From Octopus bimaculoides (Eukaryota): a stretch of 64,000 bases of DNA. Location: NCBI RefSeq assembly GCF_001194135.2, contig NC_068987.1, positions 89,181,799 through 89,245,798 on the forward strand, written 5' to 3'. The notes beneath the pieces are model-generated. The model did no database searches, was not told the DNA's origin, and saw nothing but the letters and a program-made list of their open reading frames with translations. Position numbers and translations under genes: made by a program. Below, in pieces: positions 12,788 through 22,889 of the stretch (the first letter of the stretch is position 1; each line of letters opens with the position of its first letter).

Positions 12788-13018
12788 AGGCGGTGAGCTG
12801 GCAGAAACGTTAGCATGCTGGGCGAAATGCTTAGTGGTATTTCATCTATTGTTATGTTCTGAGTTCGAATTCCGCTGAAGTCGACTTTGCCTTTCATCCT
12901 TTCAGGGTCGATTAAATAAGTACCAGTTATGCACTGGGGTTGATGTAATCGACTTAATCCCCTTTTCTGTCCTTGTTTGTCCCCTCTATGTTAATCCTCC
13001 TGTGAGCAATAAAGAAAT
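12788..13018 (+). mobile_element. SINE family A, near full length, alternative tail
   Basis: GGCGGTGAGCTGGCAGAA head, GAGTTCGAATTCC B box, tail ending GCAATAAAGAAAT (also at 4214-4290). Confidence 0.85.
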
Positions 13019-13658
13019 GAATATTTTTATTATGTTATACTAAAAAACAAAACAAAAAATTGTGAAGTTACATGGCCCAGTGATTAGGATGTTGCACTCA
13101 TGAAAGTTAGATTATGAGTTCAATTCCTGGAGCAGGTGTTATGTTGTGTTCTTGAGCAAAACACTTCATTTCACATTGCTCTGCAGGTGGGAGAGTGGTA
13201 GAATTGTTGGCACATTGGCAGGGATGCTTTATTGCATATCTTCTGGCTCCCTACTTTCTGAGTTCAAATCTCACCTGCCTGCAGATGGCAATGGGAAACC
13301 ACTCTAATATTCATCCCAAGCTTAGTCATGGTTGCCAAAGGTCTAGTAATCTACTCAATGGTAGCAGAGGAGGAGAGTATGTGTTGGAGAGGGTTCACAG
13401 GCATAGAACCTACCCAAGGGCAGATCACTGCTAGACTGGACTATAAAGTGATCTAATCATAGATTTTCTTAAGAAAGAGTTAACGTCATTTCAGGTAAAA
13501 ATTAGTTATGTTGTGAAAATCTGGTATCTATTGATAAGATGTTACTTTATAGTTATATAGCAATATCTTGTATTTCATTAAAATTTTAGTTCCCTGTTTG
13601 TAAGACAGTTGGAATTTATTCATATTTATACATTTCAGTATTCATATCTTTGTATTTA

Positions 13659-14108
13659 TCTACTACATATGTGGGAAATTCTGTCTGTGGGTGTGTTTGT
13701 GGAGTTGTTAGCTAACTCCTCCTACATCGTTTTATCAATTTTGATGAAACTTGACACGTGAGTAGAACTCATGTCTGGAAACCTCGTGGCATACTCAAAT
13801 TGTTGAAAAAAAATCGATAATAGGGCCCCTGAACGGGATCCTTATATACATCTAATATATTACATTTTAACAGCCAAGGGAAATAACCCATTCGCCCAGA
13901 TTTTAACAGTCAAGGGACATAACTCATTCATTTTCCTAAATTATTTGGTATAAATCAAATTGAGTTTGCTTATTTTTTAGTATTTGAACTGTTAGAGATA
14001 TTTTCGCAATTTATCCACTACAACCATTAAACAAGTAAATAGTATTTTCCTAAACAATAGATTCACTTATTTCGGTTGGTGACTTATTCACAAATATACC
14101 AACACTAG
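13659..14108 (+). mobile_element. Non-autonomous Helitron-like element
   Basis: A|TC start and CTAG|T end with a subterminal GTTGGT/ACCAAC stem. Shares CTAACTCCTCC.ACAT...GTAGA..CATG with the 1872-2416 element. Confidence 0.55.
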
Positions 14109-14147
14109 TGCCACTGAGGGTAATATGCAAATATGTATTTTTGTAAT

Positions 14148-14945
14148 ACAGTTATATATTTAAGAGATGAGGAATTATGTACATTATTTACATTGGACGT
14201 ATATTTGTCCTCATCTTGTTTGTTATTAACACAATGTTTCAGCTGATGTATTCTCCAGCCTTTACCAGGTGTCTTGGGGAAATTTCGAACCTGGGTCCTC
14301 ATTCCTGAGGTATCTTTTGATATTATCATAATTATTATTATTATTCAGGTCACTGCTTGGAATCGAACTCAGAATTTGGGGGTTAGTAGCCCGCGCTCTT
14401 AACCACTATGCCATATGCCCATGGGCAATTATGGAGTGAATTTTAGGGCTTATAAATCTAATATTCTCCTATCCTTCCTTAATACCGGTTCCCATATGCT
14501 GTTCATATCTGCACTCAGTCTGCTTAGGAGGTTGTTATGTCCTAGCATATGTGCTGCTTCTTTTAGTTTTCCTATTTTCCATTGGTGTTCTCTGTCTATT
14601 ATTTTAACTTCATCCCACAGGGGGAGGTGTCTCGATTTTTCCATACATGATCAGCTATACCCGATTTATCAATTACTCCTTGTGTCACAGCTTTGCAATG
14701 TTCGTCTACTCTTATTTTATAAGCCCTAAAATTCACTTCATAATTGCCCACAGGCATATCACATAGTGGTTAAGAGCACGGGCTACTAACCCCAAGATTC
14801 TAAGTTCGATTCCAAGCAGTAACAACAACAACAGGTTCGAAATTTCCCCAAGACACCTGATGAAGGCTGGAGGGTATATCAGCCGAAATGTTAACAACAA
14901 ACAAGATGAGGACAAATATCCGTCAAATGTAAATAATGTAAATAT
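14148..14945. mobile_element. Penelope-like element (PLE): 5'-truncated minus-strand copy plus inverted plus-strand pseudo-LTR
   Basis: The minus arm 14148-14718 carries the GIY-YIG C-terminus, a tRNA-like segment, a degenerate hammerhead and the tail. The plus arm about 14716-14945 is an inverted copy of the terminal repeat, the typical PLE architecture. Confidence 0.9.
14450..14718 (-). pseudogene. PLE GIY-YIG endonuclease C-terminal remnant, one frameshift
   Basis: Translation KIRVDEHCKAVTQGVIDKSGIADHVW / HLPLWDEVKIIDREHQWKIGKLKEAAHMLGHNNLLSRLSADMNSIWEPVLRK* matches the Penelope GIY-YIG pattern R..EH...KS.IA.H.W..H...W..VKI.D.E......KLKEA.H......L.R.....W.P. Confidence 0.87.
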
Positions 14946-15710
14946 GTATTCTTGTATTTCCTCATGTTTCTGTCATTGTTCTACAGACAGCCAAGACAAT
15001 AGGATATTAACGATCAATGAAATTCCTAGATTAATTTTATTTTTATTTTCTATACATCTAAGAAAGTGGACATTTTGCTCTCAAAGCATCAAAAATTGTT
15101 TAGAGACTTAAAGTTTAACTTCACTTGATCTCCAGTTAATATATCATTTCATAATGTTATCTATAATCTAGGGCTAATCTCTTTACTCCTCTGTTTAATT
15201 TAATATTAATGTTTTATATTCTGTGTGTGAGCTTAGACAACTACAATTTTATCATAATGTTCATAGAATTTCTTCTACATATGACATATTTCTCATAGGG
15301 CATGTTATTTAAAGAGAGTTCCTACCATATTTTTAGCTTGATGTTAGCTGTGGACCATGTATGTCAACTATCCCATCTATCCAGCCTCTAAAATATACTG
15401 ATTTTAAGATACATATTTTTAATCTTGTTCACACAGCTGGACAGGTCTGCCATTTATTGAATGACACATTACCAGTTTTTAATATTTCAGTTTAGTGAGC
15501 AGGAGATGTGTGCAGATAAAAAATTTCTTGGGAAGAAACATGAAACTACGTCTTATGTAAAATTTAGACGATGAGATTGAATAAAAGACAAAGATTATAA
15601 CAACATTAGAAAATAAGTGGATTGAGAAGCAGTGGATAGAATGATAGGACAAATTTTAATTATCTCTATTTTTATCTGATAACATCTATGACAGTGTATT
15701 CCAAGCTAAA

Positions 15711-16182
15711 AGGTGGCAAGCTGGTAGGAATGTTAGCACGCCGGGCAAAATGCTTAGTGGTATTTCGTCAGTCTTTACATTCTGAGTTCAAATTCCACCG
15801 AGATCGACTTCTGATATATCCTCCAGCCTTCACCAGGTGTCTTGGGGAAATTTAAAACCTTGGTTTTCATTCCTAAGGTATTTTTTGATTTTATTATTAA
15901 TATCATTATTCAGGTCACTGCATGGAATCAAACTCGGAATCTTGGGGTTAGTAGCCCGCACTCTTAACCACTATGCCATATTTCCGTGGGCAATTATGGA
16001 GTGAATTTTAGGGCTTATGAATCTAATATTTTCCTATCCTTCCTTAATACCCCCGAGGTCGACTTCCCCTTCCATCCTTTTGAGGTTGATAAATCAAGTA
16101 CCAGTTGTGTACTGGAGTTGATCTAATCGAACGGCCCCCTCCCCCAAAATTTCAGGCCGTGTGCCTAGAGTAGAAAAGAGTA
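15711..16182 (+). mobile_element. SINE family A, interrupted by a PLE fragment, 14-bp TSD
   Basis: TATTCCAAGCTAAA at 15697-15710 and 16183-16196. Confidence 0.85.
15811..16050 (-). mobile_element. PLE terminal-repeat fragment inserted inside a SINE
   Basis: Homologous to 14243-14480. Flanked by CCGAG(A/G)TCGACTT direct repeats at 15798-15810 and 16053-16065. Confidence 0.85.
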
Positions 16183-16819
16183 TATTCCAAGCTAAATTTT
16201 AATTCACTTCAAAGACATTATTTTTTTTTAAATGTCAGAAACTTTATTTTTTTCCTCTTCATGCTCTTCATCAAAAGAAGATACAGTGAAATCAAAGTTA
16301 TTTCTTCATCAATGTAACATTTTATTGAAACAAAATATTACAAAATAGTATTAACAAGCAATGCTGTATAAAGGAGTTTGCTTTGCAACTATGAGGTTTA
16401 CAATTTGATCTCACTGCGAGGCACCTTGAGCAAAATACCTCAAACTGATATCTTGACAAAATGAAATTTGGGAGCGGAAACTGTAAAGAAGCCTGTTGTG
16501 TGTGTGTTTTGGGTGGGTGTGCACATGCATCTAAACACTGGGGATTTTTATTCATAAAGGGACATAACTCTGTAGGTGAACCTAGTAATTTGAATATGCA
16601 GAGATAAAAATGAGAATTGGATTAAGTGGTGTTGTTGATAAAAGTTAACTAAAAACCCTTGGAAGCAGTGCCCTAAAATGGTCGCAGTCCAATGACTGAA
16701 ACCGGTATAAGAATAAATTAATAGAAGTGTTAAAGCTTTTCTTGAAAATGAAAACTTTACCTAGTTTTCTCTCACATTGGTAATAATTGCATGTTTTAAA
16801 GCCCTTGCCCCCTTCTCTC

Positions 16820-17010
16820 TATGTATGTGTGTGTATGCCTGTGTGTCTATGTATGTCTGTGTATGTATGTGTGTGTGTATGTATGTATGTGTGTACGTAT
16901 ACATGTATGTATGTATGTGTGTATGTATGCATGCATGCAAGTGTGTATATGTGTGTGTGTATATATGTATGTGTGTATGGATGGATGAATACATGCATGC
17001 GTTGTATGTA
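16820..17010. repeat. (TATG)/(TG) compound microsatellite; similar tracts at 1-88, 2900-2970, 4860-5180, 5530-5592, 10818-10892 and 50140-50186
   Basis: Direct inspection. Confidence 0.95.
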
Positions 17011-17864
17011 TGTCATAAGCTTCATCATTCTCAAAAAATAATTTGTTTCCATGGCATTTCAGAATAGTTTCTTCTATAAATTATGAATGAAGGATTCCTG
17101 GTTGGCTTTTATTTTCTGAAGCACTCGTGGCATCATTCAGAATCTCTGAGATTGGTGCTGGGAGGGGGTGGGGTTAACAAAGTTATTCTCAGGCTGGGGG
17201 AGATTGGGTTCAAATGCTTGCAACAGAGTGAACTCTGCTAAACGCACCCAAGGACTAGTCAATGGTGTTAAACTAGATGGTAGATTAAATCTACCATCAC
17301 TAGCATAGCTGGAGTGTGTGCCACCCAGGGTGGCTCTTCTGTTTGCTGCCCCCCCCCGACCCCACAAAAAACACATATTGCCTACAGCAGACCCAAAAGT
17401 GGTGCCCTTTTACAAGTACCTCCTAGAGTGGATCGCCCTAGATAGAGCACCCAGGGTGGACTACCCGGAGTGGACTGACATTGTTTTATGAAAGGCAGCA
17501 AACTGGCAGAAGTCTTAGTGTGCGGCACCAAATGCTTGGTGGTAATAATACTTCAAGCTCAATATGTCCTGAGTTCAAATCTTGCTAAGGTCAGCTTTGC
17601 TTTTCTTCTCTTCAGAGTTGATAAAATAAACTACAAGTGAAGTACTGAGGATGATGTAACTCCATTGTGTCACCACATTTCTCCAGAATTGATTTAGGGA
17701 AGTTTTCACAGTGCAAAGTTGGATTATACAATTAGTTGAAAGTTAAAGTATCAGAAGAGGATGCAACAGCCTACCTGCTTGCTTTATTAGAAAATAGAAT
17801 ATAAATATTTCCATTCCTTCTCTCAGCAGAGAGGTCCTTACCTTGCAAACTTGCAGGTGCTGGT

Positions 17865-18285
17865 GTCACATAGAAAAGCACCCATACTGGTGCCATGTAA
17901 AAAGCATTTGAGCGATCTTACGTTGCCAGTTCCAAAGCTGTCACTAAAACCACGTGTGTTTATTTACATCACATCGGCCTTTTCCATAAAAGGGTTTTAG
18001 GGTTAGGGTTAGGGGATTAAGTGACAGCTTTGGAACTGGTAACGTAAGATCGCCAGCATTTGTATTGGTGCCACATGAAAAAGCACTCATGCTGGTGCCA
18101 CATATAAGGCACCCAGTATACTTTGTGAAATGGTTGGTGTAAGGAAAGGTATCCAGTCATAGAAACTGCCAAAACAGACAACTGGAGCCTGGTGCAGCCC
18201 TCCAGCTTGCCGGCTCCTGTCAAACCGTCCGACCCATGCCAGCATGGAAAACGGATGTTAAATGATAATGATGATGATGATGACT
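17865..18285 (+). mobile_element. Family C copy interrupted by the TTAGGG MITE
   Basis: Family C motifs on both sides of 17911-18054. Confidence 0.75.
17911..18054. mobile_element. 144-bp MITE with 34-bp TIRs, 8-bp TSD and internal TTAGGG repeats
   Basis: Arms 17912-17945 and 18020-18053 (1 mismatch). AGCATTTG is duplicated at 17903-17910 and 18055-18062. Confidence 0.72.
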
Positions 18286-18609
18286 TCATAACAGGATTAG
18301 TTTTAATTATTTGCAATAATGAGAACTTATTTAAATACAGTTTCGAGGAAACTATTTATTATAAGGCGGGAGATTGCTTTAATTTTTATTGATTTTTTAA
18401 TTATTATTTAAACTTACTTTCTAAACAATATATAAATTTATGTATCAAGAAAAAAAAATTTGATAGAGTAAAATGAAAAAAAAAAAGTAGTAACTTGTAT
18501 AACATGAGATTTGATAATTTAGCTTCGTTTGATGATTCCTCTGCTAAGAGTCTTAAACCTGAAGTGCCATATCGTTTTATAATGAGACATAATGGTTCTT
18601 AGGAAATAT

Positions 18610-18845
18610 TATTACGTGTCCTGAAATGATGTCGAGAGGATGACGTCTCTTGGGGAAAAACAAATGACACGATAAGAGCCCAGAGTTATTTGCCCTTGAT
18701 CGGAATAACTATCCAATCATGGTAAACACATGGAACTCACTATTTTCTAGTCATCAGCGCGTGCGGTTTGGCGGAGGTGGTGCAGTCGGTATATATAAAA
18801 GCAGCCGTTATTACGGATAAAAAGGCGCACGGTTCATGAGTCATG
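18610..18845 (+). promoter_or_regulatory. Putative internal Pol II promoter (CRE-like, CCAAT, TATA, AP-1)
   Basis: TGACGTCT 18641-18648, CCAAT 18713-18717, TATAAAAG 18794-18801 and ATGAGTCAT around 18836-18844. The segment is repeat-free, locally CpG-rich, and followed by ATG and a GTAAGC donor. Confidence 0.55.
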
Positions 18846-18941
18846 ACTTCCACAGTTCTACCAGCCACCGGATCTACTCCTGTACTAGCCACATCTAATA
18901 ATATTATTCATAATAATAATAGTAATAGCTTAAACCGAGAC

Positions 18942-18952
18942 ATGATGTTAAC
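18942..18952 (+). CDS. Candidate alternative first coding exon (ATG ATG TTA AC|gtaagc), giving MMLT-QDILEK... when spliced to 46017
   Basis: ATG with a purine at -3, about 140 nt downstream of the TATA box. The GTAAGC donor at 18953 is in phase 2, matching the acceptor at 46017. Confidence 0.5.
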
Positions 18953-20330
18953 GTAAGCTTCTCTTATTTCTTAATTTCATTTCAATGTCCATTGTTCACC
19001 TTTGTTTTATTTATTTATTTCCCCTCTAAACTCTATTGTCTTCTGATATAAACCGATAATTTCAGTCTGCAAAGAAATTATTCCGAATCTGTTGGCACCG
19101 AATTCCAACCAAACTCAGCATTTTAACTTATAGCTATAATTTAAGCTTATATTTAAAACAAATTACTTTGTTTATGCTTTATTGATGAATTTCTAAAAAA
19201 AAAAAAAAATGAATTACCAAAGACTGCGCTGCTATAAATGTTTCGTTTCCAATTGTTGCGAGAGTGAATTAATTCGAAAATGAATGAAAACAAATTTTCT
19301 TTTGTTTATGAAACGATGTGACCTGTTATTTATTGACTTTTATAAGAAATACATACTTTCTGTTTTGAATACCCGGTGTAATTTATAATTAAAACGTTTG
19401 TTATCTTAGCAAAACGACTAAAATCTCGACCTAAGAATTTATATTGGAATGAAGACAGTACTCGTTTTCCGGTTAACTACAAGCATCTCGTGCCAACGAC
19501 TTCCGAAAATTCACCAACTTATTGTTGCTTTGATAATTCCTGCTGCTAATCCTGAATGTGGTGGTGTCAGTGACGGTCGCTGCTGACTCAACTCGCACTT
19601 AGAAAGCGATCGATAATAGCTTCCCTTCTTACAACTTCTGTCTGAATCTAGGAAAATATTACAACTCATGCTGAAATAATTTTCTGTGGAAATTATCTGA
19701 ACATTTGGTCTGCAGTTAGGAATTTAGTATCTATAGTTATGGGATAGGGTAAACCATACAATGCAAATGGTTAACTTAAATAAAAGGATCAATAATATAT
19801 AGCTGGACAATTTACTTGCAATCTTAAGATTATATATACATAAAAAAAATGAATGAACCTGAGACTTCGTATTTTCTTTCCCAATTGCACATTTTAAGAG
19901 AGTCGGCCTTTATTTATGTAGATTTATAATAAGGATGCTAGGTAACAGCTTTTTAAGTGTAGTTTTAATAATTACCATTACCATTCTTCCATATTGGTTT
20001 CGACTCCTTTTGTGATTTTTTTTTTTTTTTTAATGTTTGAAATAGTTTCAGTCATGTTGTTTGTCATCAATAATTCTACAGACACACACACATACAGTCT
20101 CTCTCTCTCTCTCTCTCCTAATAAATTTATGTTTGGAAACAGCTTCATGTGATTTAATTTAAACTTTTCTAAGATTTCTATTTGAGGATTTGTTCTCAAT
20201 CTGTTATAAAATTAAGAAATACGTAAATGTCTATGAATAACTTTTATTTCCTAAATAATGTTTTATCAGTATTATCAGGAGGTTTAAAAAAAAATTAATT
20301 TTGATATTTCTTATCTAATCTTTAAAATTT

Positions 20331-20936
20331 NNNNNNNNNNNNNNNNNNNNNNNNNNNNNNNNNNNNNNNNNNNNNNNNNNNNNNNNNNNNNNNNNNNNNN
20401 NNNNNNNNNNNNNNNNNNNNNNNNNNNNNNNNNNNNNNNNNNNNNNNNNNNNNNNNNNNNNNNNNNNNNNNNNNNNNNNNNNNNNNNNNNNNNNNNNNNN
20501 NNNNNNNNNNNNNNNNNNNNNNNNNNNNNNNNNNNNNNNNNNNNNNNNNNNNNNNNNNNNNNNNNNNNNNNNNNNNNNNNNNNNNNNNNNNNNNNNNNNN
20601 NNNNNNNNNNNNNNNNNNNNNNNNNNNNNNNNNNNNNNNNNNNNNNNNNNNNNNNNNNNNNNNNNNNNNNNNNNNNNNNNNNNNNNNNNNNNNNNNNNNN
20701 NNNNNNNNNNNNNNNNNNNNNNNNNNNNNNNNNNNNNNNNNNNNNNNNNNNNNNNNNNNNNNNNNNNNNNNNNNNNNNNNNNNNNNNNNNNNNNNNNNNN
20801 NNNNNNNNNNNNNNNNNNNNNNNNNNNNNNNNNNNNNNNNNNNNNNNNNNNNNNNNNNNNNNNNNNNNNNNNNNNNNNNNNNNNNNNNNNNNNNNNNNNN
20901 NNNNNNNNNNNNNNNNNNNNNNNNNNNNNNNNNNNA
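20331..20936. other. Assembly gap; other gaps at 3857-4119, 48003-48506, 55746-56065, 57684-57693 and 59827-59836
   Basis: Runs of N; they could hide additional exons. Confidence 0.99.
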
Positions 20937-21169
20937 AAAAAAATAATAAAGCTGACGGAAGTAAAACCTTAATTATACTCCTTCCTCCCTTGCTTGACCT
21001 CACAACTCGTGATGAAGTGGTAGGAGCACCGTTGTTATATATTTCTTGAGTCCTGGGGGCTCATAAAGCCAGTTATCCAATTTCCATCGCATGTAAGTGA
21101 CTCACATTTCAATATCCCCCCCCCCCTCAACGGGACACCGGTTCGATGCAGGGGGCCAAAGCAGCAGCA

Positions 21170-21640
21170 CTTTCGAGAGGAGGCTACAAGTCAATTACCT
21201 CGGACCTCCCCCTCCCCAGTACTTGACTGCTACTTGATTTTTATCGACCCTGAAGAGATAAAAGGCAAAACTGATCTTGGTGGAATTTGAACTCAGAGCT
21301 GGAATGTTGCTAAGCATTTTGTCTGATGTGCTGCTAATGATTCTGCTGCTGCTTTGCCACCGTTATTCATATTCAGGCATTTAAATGTAGTTTCACACCA
21401 CCCAATACATATTAAAGAGAAGAACCATCACCTGACTGGACTGTTATTTTATCCATCAGCTTCAAAGGGATGAAGAGCAAAGCTAACCTCAACAGAGTTT
21501 GAACTCAGTGTAGGGAGATTGACGAGTGCCATCAGGTATTCTGTCTGATGCTCTATCACTTCTCCCAATTTGCCGCTTTATCTACTTTGCTGACTCTGAA
21601 TGAATGAATGAGAAAGTTAACCACCGTAGAATTTGAACTC
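21170..21640 (-). mobile_element. SINE family A, cluster of degenerate copies
   Basis: Repeated GGAATTTGAACTCAG and GGCAAA..TGA.CT motifs. Confidence 0.65.
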
Positions 21641-21959
21641 AGTCAAGTGGCTCAAAGTACTTCTGTGAAGCTGTGCCTGACTAACTCTTGTTAGTTGGCC
21701 AAACTGTTGCTTTTTTTACACAGGCCTCAAATTTATAACGTTAGAGAAATGAGATTGTATGATGTCTGTACCTTTTTTGATTGAGTATTAAACTGAAGTA
21801 AAATAGCTATCTATAATAAATGCCAAAACAGTGAGGTCACCATGAAACTCACAAGACAAAACTTCTCGACTGAATGGGGTGTAGTATTGAGGGAGGTGGC
21901 TTTTTGCCAGGTGATGAGAAGCTAAAGCACGATAGAGGGGCAGGAACAGGTGTCTTGAA

Positions 21960-22308
21960 ATCATCATCGTTTAATGTCCGTTTTCCATGCTGGATGGTTT
22001 GACTGGGGACTGGCAAACCAGTAGGCTGTGCCAGGCTCCAATCTGATCTGGCAAGGTTTCTACAGCTGGATGCCCTTCCTAACGCCAACTACTCCGAGAG
22101 TGTAGTGGGTGCTTTTTATGTACCACCAGCACGGGAGCCAGTCAGGCGGCACTGGCATCAACTATGTTTGGATGTTTTTTTTATGTGCCACCAGCACAGG
22201 AGCCAGTGGGAGTGGGGGGGGTTGGGGACTAGCATCAACCACATTCAGATGGTACTTATTACGTGCCACCAGCACAGGTGCCAGTCAGGTGGCACTGGCA
22301 TCAGCCAC
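21960..22308 (-). mobile_element. Family C copy
   Basis: RTE-like tail and tandem head units. Confidence 0.8.
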
Positions 22309-22522
22309 CTTTCTCTCATTTTATTCTCTACATCAAAACATGTATATATTCAGTTTTCTATTAACTGCATTCAAAATTCAAATTATTAATTTTCTTTTCT
22401 ACATTGCTTTTTATTAACCATTGAAATAATACTAGTCCAAACGTTTTGGTTATTGTTTTGTGAGTGCAACAGAAAAGAGAGTGTATGTTGGAGATTTCTC
22501 AAAGAAACACTAGATGTATGAC

Positions 22523-22889
22523 CAGGCATGGTTTTGTGGTAAGAAGTTTGCTTCCCAACCATATGACTCCAGGTTCAGTCCTATTATATGGTGCCTTGGT
22601 CTGACCGAAGCCTTGTGAGTGAATTTTGTTAACGGAAACTGTAAAAAACCTAGCTGTGTATATGTGTGTGTGTGTATATCTGTATTGTCCCTCACCACCA
22701 CTTGACAACTGGTGTTGGTGTGTTTACATCCCTTGTAATTTGGGGGTGCAGCAAAACAGACTGAAAGAATAAGTGCCATACTTAAAACAATGAAAAAATT
22801 AGTCCTGGGTTCAATTCATTCGGCTAAAAATTCTTCCAAGCAATGCCCCAGCATGGCCGTAGTCTAATAACTGAAACAAAAGATAAAAG
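22523..22889 (+). mobile_element. SINE family B
   Basis: Same head, core and tail motifs. Confidence 0.8.

Noticed and set aside
14753-14822. tRNA gene
   Set aside because: No complete acceptor stem; it is a tRNA-like module of the PLE repeat. SINE heads are rejected for the same reason.
17290-17470. Short GC-rich palindromes (GCCACCCAGGGTGGC) and a CAGACCCAAAAGTG motif shared with about 41878
   Set aside because: Probably decayed MITE fragments; no ends or TSD could be defined.
19382-19548. Plus-strand open frame ...KSRPKNLYWNEDSTRF...
   Set aside because: Bounded by stops; the acceptor at 19409 is out of phase with the 18952 donor.
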